Below, in pieces: positions 25,363 through 29,834 of a stretch of 29,834 bases of DNA. The position numbers and the translations under genes were made by a program. The notes below the pieces were generated by a model, which did not search any database, had not been told where the DNA came from, and saw only the letters and a list, made by a program, of their open reading frames with translations. Source of the stretch: a virus; IMG/VR virus record IMGVR_UViG_2889178456_000001; one strand, given 5' to 3'. The stretch's first letter is position 1; each line of letters opens with the position of its first letter.

Positions 25363-25418
25363 TTATGCATGAATACCAAGGTTTTATCATTGACCGCAGC
25401 TAGGTATTCATGCATAAT
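25363..25418 (+). promoter_or_regulatory. sigma70-like promoter embedded in a perfect 15-bp inverted repeat
   Basis: TTATGCATGAATACC (25363-25377) / GGTATTCATGCATAA (25403-25417); TTGACC(25390-25395)-N17-CATAAT(25413-25418). Confidence 0.7.
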
Positions 25419-25456
25419 GTTGACAACGAATTTGATTACCCCCTCGGGAGACCCAG

Positions 25457-25774
25457 ATGTTTGTCACTATTTGTCGAAACGTTCGCTACAAGACGCTCCC
25501 GAAACAGAAATCCTGGGGCGAAATCGCATCTCCGCGCACCTCGAAGAACTTCTCTCACTATGCGCTGGTGATCGCCCAGCCGCATGGCAAGGGAGGCAGT
25601 ATCGACGATAACTCAATCGAAGACTGGAATGCGCTCAAGGAGAAGTTTGGCGGCGAGGCATTCGTGTTTACGGCTGCTGAATGGAAGGCACTTTGCGGAA
25701 CCGATAATGATAATATGGCGCCGGTGGGTGCGCAGTTTACCAGGCACTACCATATTCTGCTCTTTAATATGTGA
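25457..25774 (+). CDS. Hypothetical protein
   Basis: 105 aa; GGGAG RBS; downstream of the promoter. Confidence 0.7.
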   Translation: MFVTICRNVRYKTLPKQKSWGEIASPRTSKNFSHYALVIAQPHGKGGSIDDNSIEDWNALKEKFGGEAFVFTAAEWKALCGTDNDNMAPVGAQFTRHYHILLFNM

Positions 25775-25815
25775 ACCGACTACCACTGAACTGTTATTTT
25801 ATCCGGAGAGATTTT

Positions 25816-26712
25816 ATGAAGACCGCAACCAAGGATATTACCGTCCTGAAGAACGAGAACGATCAGATCCTGGGTGTATGCCTCGGATGGGATTTCACTG
25901 CCGAGCACGAAATGGGCTTCAAGCGGTTCTCGCGCCTCATGGGCATTGGCGAACGCGCGAATAGCCACGAGGGCAAGCAGATGCTAAAAGAAGCTGGCTT
26001 CAAGCGAGGCTTGTTTGGTGCCACCAAGCTGCCCTCTGTTGGTATTGAATCCCGTATGGTGACCGAGATTCCGGAAAGCATGCTGCTGCTCAAGGAATTT
26101 GGCAACACAACGAAGACATTGGACGCCGAGACACGCCTTGTGTTCTCGAGTAACCCTGAAGAGTTCGCTGATCGCAATTCGAAGGTCATCCTTCATTACG
26201 TGCCTCACCGCAAATACTCTCGGGATGACAAACTGCCCAAAATGAAGGCCGCTTGGCGCGATGGTCGCTTCATCGTGCGCGCATTCTCGGATGAAGATCG
26301 CGATGCCCTGCGCTTGGTCTACAAGGCAATGATGACTGGTGATCTGGCCTTCGGGGCAGCCGCCAATATCAATCCGATTGGGAACAGCGGCCCTGCCCTT
26401 GTTATCGCGTCTCGCTTGAGCTCCGAGACCAAGACAAATGTGCTGAAAGCTGATGTGGACCACTACAAGCTCCTGAAGGCCGCTGACGATAGCGGGATCG
26501 CCAAGACTCTCGAGAAGGCAGGCAAGCGGTACTTTGCCCTGTCACCGAGATGGAAGGCAGACAACTTCAAGGATCGGGATACTCGGTTCAATGTCGTCTT
26601 CTGGCTCAATCCGATGCAGCAGTCCAGCTACACGACTGGCTACTTCACGGTCGAAGAACTGGAAGCCTGGGCCAAGGATGAAGGCCCTGTCGTTAAGCAA
26701 GCGGCCGCATAA
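25816..26712 (+). CDS. Conserved megaplasmid/phage-type hypothetical protein
   Basis: GGAG RBS before ATG 25816; motifs LGWDFTAEHEMG, YFALSPRW, FWLNP, GYFTVEELEAW...GP. Confidence 0.85.
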   Translation: MKTATKDITVLKNENDQILGVCLGWDFTAEHEMGFKRFSRLMGIGERANSHEGKQMLKEAGFKRGLFGATKLPSVGIESRMVTEIPESMLLLKEFGNTTKTLDAETRLVFSSNPEEFADRNSKVILHYVPHRKYSRDDKLPKMKAAWRDGRFIVRAFSDEDRDALRLVYKAMMTGDLAFGAAANINPIGNSGPALVIASRLSSETKTNVLKADVDHYKLLKAADDSGIAKTLEKAGKRYFALSPRWKADNFKDRDTRFNVVFWLNPMQQSSYTTGYFTVEELEAWAKDEGPVVKQAAA

Positions 26713-26750
26713 ATACGGTATTGTAACCGATCAAATTAAGGACATACGAA

Positions 26751-27386
26751 ATGACCAAAACTCGCTACGAACCCGGTAAAGAATACGCCTTTGTGGACGT
26801 GAAATATGAGCGCCCAGAGCCAATGTTCACCAGCCTTTATGTGCCTTGGAGCGACACCCTCAAAGAGATCGTTGTCCGCCGCATGAAGTGTGTAGAGCAC
26901 CATCGAGTACCCGGTGATTGGGATGACGAGCTAAAATATGATGGCTTCATTTTCCAAAACACCGAGGGTGGCGAGGAACGCTGGTACAACCAGTACCCGC
27001 GTGCCAGCTATGGTCAAACAACGGACGACGAGAACTGGAAGATCAAGGTTGCCGAGGATCGCAACGGCGTCAAACTCAGCGAAGAAGCGGCCGATAAGTA
27101 CAGCGACACTGAGATCCTGTGGGGCGTCCAAGATGCTGCGAAGTATCTAGACATCATTCATAATGGGGTGAACCCTCGCCATAGCAGAGATGAACTTGAA
27201 CCAGATCAAAAGGTTGCACTGCAAGGATTCTATGATCAGCTGAAGCAAGCCGTTGAGGAAAAAATGGGATGCCAGTTTGAGCTTGAAGAATTGATCGTTC
27301 AGCCTATCGATAAGAGTAAGCCGCCCCGTCACACTGGCATCCTTCACCACAAGATGAGTGAACCGGCGCCTACGCCTGCGCCCTAA
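26751..27386 (+). CDS. Hypothetical protein; tail SEPAPTPAP
   Basis: AAGGA RBS; motif WYNQYPRASYGQ. Confidence 0.85.
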   Translation: MTKTRYEPGKEYAFVDVKYERPEPMFTSLYVPWSDTLKEIVVRRMKCVEHHRVPGDWDDELKYDGFIFQNTEGGEERWYNQYPRASYGQTTDDENWKIKVAEDRNGVKLSEEAADKYSDTEILWGVQDAAKYLDIIHNGVNPRHSRDELEPDQKVALQGFYDQLKQAVEEKMGCQFELEELIVQPIDKSKPPRHTGILHHKMSEPAPTPAP

Positions 27387-27402
27387 ACACTAAGGAACCA
27401 AA

Positions 27403-27738
27403 ATGACCGCTAGCCCGCAAATGCATATGCGACACATTCTGCCTGTGCTTGGAAGCTCCAAGCCAGGTGGTCGCCCCCTTCGAATGATCTCGGCAAGCGA
27501 TTTCGAGGCCTCGGCCAACTTTGCAGCGGAGATCGGTGACGTTCTTGTTGAGCTTGAGGAAGCCGTTGATGCCTATTCTGAGGGCACGGCATTCCTGGTT
27601 CGCCAACTCGGGTCTGGCTCTCTACCTGGGGATACAGTTGTCATCGTGAAGCTCGACGATGAGCTTAAGCCCACATACGTGAAGGACGCCAGAGGCGCCC
27701 ATATTTTTGGTTACGTTGTTTGGAGTGGCACCCTTTAA
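27403..27738 (+). CDS. Hypothetical protein
   Basis: 111 aa; AAGGA RBS; last gene of the plus-strand run. Confidence 0.7.
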   Translation: MTASPQMHMRHILPVLGSSKPGGRPLRMISASDFEASANFAAEIGDVLVELEEAVDAYSEGTAFLVRQLGSGSLPGDTVVIVKLDDELKPTYVKDARGAHIFGYVVWSGTL

Positions 27739-27935
27739 GCTTCGGGTTTCTCAAACCGTGGCTCAAAGGAATACCGAGAAAGCACTGCTTGCTGTTCTTC
27801 GTTCAGCAGGTAGGAGTGCCCCTCTTTCATCTTGTATCTGATGGAGCCATCTTTCCGCAGCACAGCTTTAGCCACCAGACCTCCATTTGTATTATCTCTC
27901 ATAAAATGAGTGGCACTCTTCAGGGGCTCTGTCAT
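27735..27935 (-). CDS. Small hypothetical protein
   Basis: 66 aa; ATGA overlap with the upstream miniprotein. Confidence 0.6.
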   Translation of the reverse strand: MTEPLKSATHFMRDNTNGGLVAKAVLRKDGSIRYKMKEGHSYLLNEEQQAVLSRYSFEPRFEKPEA

Positions 27936-28075
27936 TTGTCTGCGCTCTCTTCAGGATAGGGATCAACAGGGTGATCGGATAGCCGACATTGGTCTGCGGT
28001 TTCCTGATCACCACACCGAGAGATCGGACGCCTACCACAGAACAAGCAGGGAATTCTTTCTGGATCTTTAGGCAT
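27932..28075 (-). CDS. 47-aa Cys4 miniprotein (below the ORF-track cutoff)
   Basis: MPKDPERIPCLFCGRRPISRCGDQETADQCRLSDHPVDPYPEESADK*; overlaps both the upstream stop (ATGCCTAA) and the downstream start (ATGA). Confidence 0.65.
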   Translation of the reverse strand: MPKDPERIPCLFCGRRPISRCGDQETADQCRLSDHPVDPYPEESADK

Positions 28076-28631
28076 CTTTTACCTCATCATTCTTGCTACC
28101 TGCTAAAGCTGCTCGCGCACGCTTACCTGCATCATTGTGCATCGCCATGTTAGCCATATCCCCTGCGCTATGCGGGGCATGACATTGCTCGCTAGTTTCG
28201 GCGTACCAAAGAAGGGCTTCTTCCAGCTCATCAATGCGATCTGCTGCCAGATCAACGTCGCTGAGGACTTTCTTATACAGACCGCTATGCAGACCTGATT
28301 TAGCCCAAGACCGCAGCCTCTCGTTGAGGGTTGGGGAGGGGATCGCCAGTGACCGCCTCCCCAATGATGAGTTAGCAACATCATCCGCCTGTACGAAACC
28401 GATTTTACGGACAGGCCTTTCATCGACCAAAGTCGATCTGACCTCTTCGGCCAGCACTTGACCCACTACGCGCTTGACCAGACTGGCCATCCAGCGTTTG
28501 GGAATTTCAATCTCAGGGTGCGCATCCTTTGCCGCCTTAACGGCACCAGTCACAGCACGCCACAAAACAGGGTATGCTTCCTCGTTTCGATGCTTTTGCT
28601 CTGATTTATCGCAGATGCTAACCTGGTTCAC
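28068..28631 (-). CDS. Phage-type hypothetical protein
   Basis: GTG 28631 after AAGGAG; LWRAVTGAV...HPE...KRVVGQ and AADRIDELEEALLWYA...GKRARAAL are phage-like modules. Confidence 0.75.
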   Translation of the reverse strand: MNQVSICDKSEQKHRNEEAYPVLWRAVTGAVKAAKDAHPEIEIPKRWMASLVKRVVGQVLAEEVRSTLVDERPVRKIGFVQADDVANSSLGRRSLAIPSPTLNERLRSWAKSGLHSGLYKKVLSDVDLAADRIDELEEALLWYAETSEQCHAPHSAGDMANMAMHNDAGKRARAALAGSKNDEVKDA

Positions 28632-28745
28632 GGCACTCTCCTTGAAATAATAATAAGACCGCCGCAATAAAAAGGCAGCTTCCAATAAATCAATAATAGA
28701 TAGAGGGCACTACAGCGTCAATACAAGACTAAACAAGCACAATTC

Positions 28746-28928
28746 TCATTTATCTTTCTTGCGCATTGCCAAGCGCCAATCTGCTTCTGGCTCCTTGGGT
28801 TCTGGCAATTCACGCGGGTTTGCCGTTTTCGCTTTGCGATCCTCCTGAAGATCAAGGGTCGCAAACGCCTTCGGGGACTTACTACCTGGCCCAAAGACCT
28901 TATCGACCAAGCTTTTTCTCGTGACCAT
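28746..28928 (-). CDS. Small basic hypothetical protein
   Basis: 60 aa; AAGGA RBS. Confidence 0.6.
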   Translation of the reverse strand: MVTRKSLVDKVFGPGSKSPKAFATLDLQEDRKAKTANPRELPEPKEPEADWRLAMRKKDK

Positions 28929-29082
28929 ATTGTATTTCCTTATTTATTGGGCCGCATGTCTTTCGGGCCTCGTAGCCATCCCAAGCCTTGGATGATTTCA
29001 TAATTTTCAAACTGGCCTATGCCATTATTATCAAGGTCAAAGATTTAATATCAGTGGCCAGCTGCGCATTTGTGTCGTTCAC

Positions 29083-29313
29083 CTACACAAGCTCTCCGGT
29101 GGTGAGGGCTTCTCTGATCGGGATGCATTTTGTGCACTCAACTTGGGCCATGAAGAACCCTCGTGGCTTACGGATCTTACCCGTGCCTCGGCATTCACAC
29201 TGAGAGAGCATCTCCTTGGCACAGGCCCGCAATGTGGCCATCGACAAAGCCAGCTTATGGAGCTGATGCTCAGCTTCCTCGGCACGCGCCTTCATCACCT
29301 CGAGTTCGTTCAT
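29083..29313 (-). CDS. Coiled-coil plus zinc-finger-like small protein
   Basis: CECRGTG...CTKC; TGATG coupling to the upstream gene; AGGAG RBS. Confidence 0.65.
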   Translation of the reverse strand: MNELEVMKARAEEAEHQLHKLALSMATLRACAKEMLSQCECRGTGKIRKPRGFFMAQVECTKCIPIREALTTGELV

Positions 29314-29573
29314 CAGGATTTCTCCTCAGCGAAGAAGTCAACCAAGGCGGGGATGCCGACCCCATCCCACTGATACCGATTAGATGTCATAATGCAGTTA
29401 TCGTTCTCTTTGATCCAAGTTTCGGCCTCTTCAATTGTATCAAAGCCAGCGGTGTGATGACCAATGGATTTGTAACGGGGCACATCGCTGTTTCCCGGCA
29501 TGGGAGCAGGACGGAATGAGACCGGATGGAAACGATTTGTATCGGTGTTTACGATAATTCCAGTGGGGTACAT
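29313..29573 (-). CDS. Conserved hypothetical protein
   Basis: FHPVSFRPAPMPG...RYKSIGHHTAGF motif; GAGGA RBS. Confidence 0.75.
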   Translation of the reverse strand: MYPTGIIVNTDTNRFHPVSFRPAPMPGNSDVPRYKSIGHHTAGFDTIEEAETWIKENDNCIMTSNRYQWDGVGIPALVDFFAEEKS

Positions 29574-29681
29574 ATGACTATGTCCTCTATAAATCTATTT
29601 ACTTCGATACCAAACATAGATAAAGTATAAAGGTAAACTACTCAAGTAGTATTATTGCTTTATCTATAAAGGACTAAATGA

Positions 29682-29834
29682 ATGCATGAAGATGTGAAGA
29701 ACGATCTCCTTCGGGCGCTGGGTGGCATGACGTTTCTTGAAGATCACCCCGAAACTGTGCCTGCCGACCTCAATCGGCTCAAGGAAGATACCAAAAAGCT
29801 AATCGCAGATTGGGATAGCTATAGCCGTGCTTAA
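29682..29834 (+). CDS. 50-aa miniprotein (below the ORF-track cutoff)
   Basis: MHEDVKNDLLRALGGMTFLEDHPETVPADLNRLKEDTKKLIADWDSYSRA*; AAGGA RBS; the stop falls at the window end. Confidence 0.6.
   Translation: MHEDVKNDLLRALGGMTFLEDHPETVPADLNRLKEDTKKLIADWDSYSRA

Noticed and set aside
15696-27738. Two convergent gene pairs sharing a TTAA stop overlap (15696-15699 and 27735-27738)
   Set aside because: This is a common consequence of compact gene packing, and there is no sign of a TTAA target-site duplication.
28940-29082. Possible frameshifted small gene (VNDTNAQLATDIKS / FDLDNNGIGQFENYEIIQGLGWLRGPKDMRPNK) on the minus strand
   Set aside because: It needs an assumed 1-nt indel and has no recognisable motif to justify the join.
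1-29834. CRISPR array, IS/transposase, integrase, rRNA/tRNA, replication or virion genes
   Set aside because: No regularly spaced repeats, terminal inverted repeats or matching protein motifs were seen by eye. The plasmid-versus-phage identity is therefore inferred only from gene content.

Overview
This window is a gene-dense accessory region of about 50% GC. It holds roughly 53 mostly short, mixed-orientation genes, many with their own sigma70-like promoters. It most likely comes from a large alphaproteobacterial (Rhodobacterales-like) megaplasmid, although a jumbo phage or phage-plasmid cannot be excluded because no replication, transfer or virion genes lie in the window. Recognisable genes are an orphan ZorA/ZorB-like (MotA/MotB-type) pair, a DEDDh exonuclease, a WGR-domain ATP-dependent DNA ligase, a MazG-like pyrophosphohydrolase, a 'glyoxalase superfamily' N-domain protein with a structured leader, IHF-beta/HU, H-NS, a PP2C-like phosphatase, a degenerate DUF262 protein and an NH3-dependent NAD synthetase. 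The strongest unexplained signal is a short C-terminal tail shared by at least 12 proteins, nearly all unrelated to one another. It usually has an acidic patch and a Pro/small-residue linker, and ends either in P-[STA]-P-stop (6 exact cases) or in a Met/Phe-Gly-rich motif (MTM, MGMSF, GMAM, MGFGF, PGM, GMGR). The P-x-P tails use different codons, so selection appears to act on the peptide. The pattern resembles C-terminal type IV (Dot/Icm-like) translocation signals and suggests a tagged protein cargo delivered to recipient cells. Other observations are a recurring intergenic motif GATTTATTCATG/TATTCATG at promoters, a candidate sRNA beside hns, a cryptic frameshifted Cys4 miniprotein, several sub-60-aa genes missed by the ORF track, and paralogue pairs. 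All family calls come from motif recognition by eye; no searches were run.
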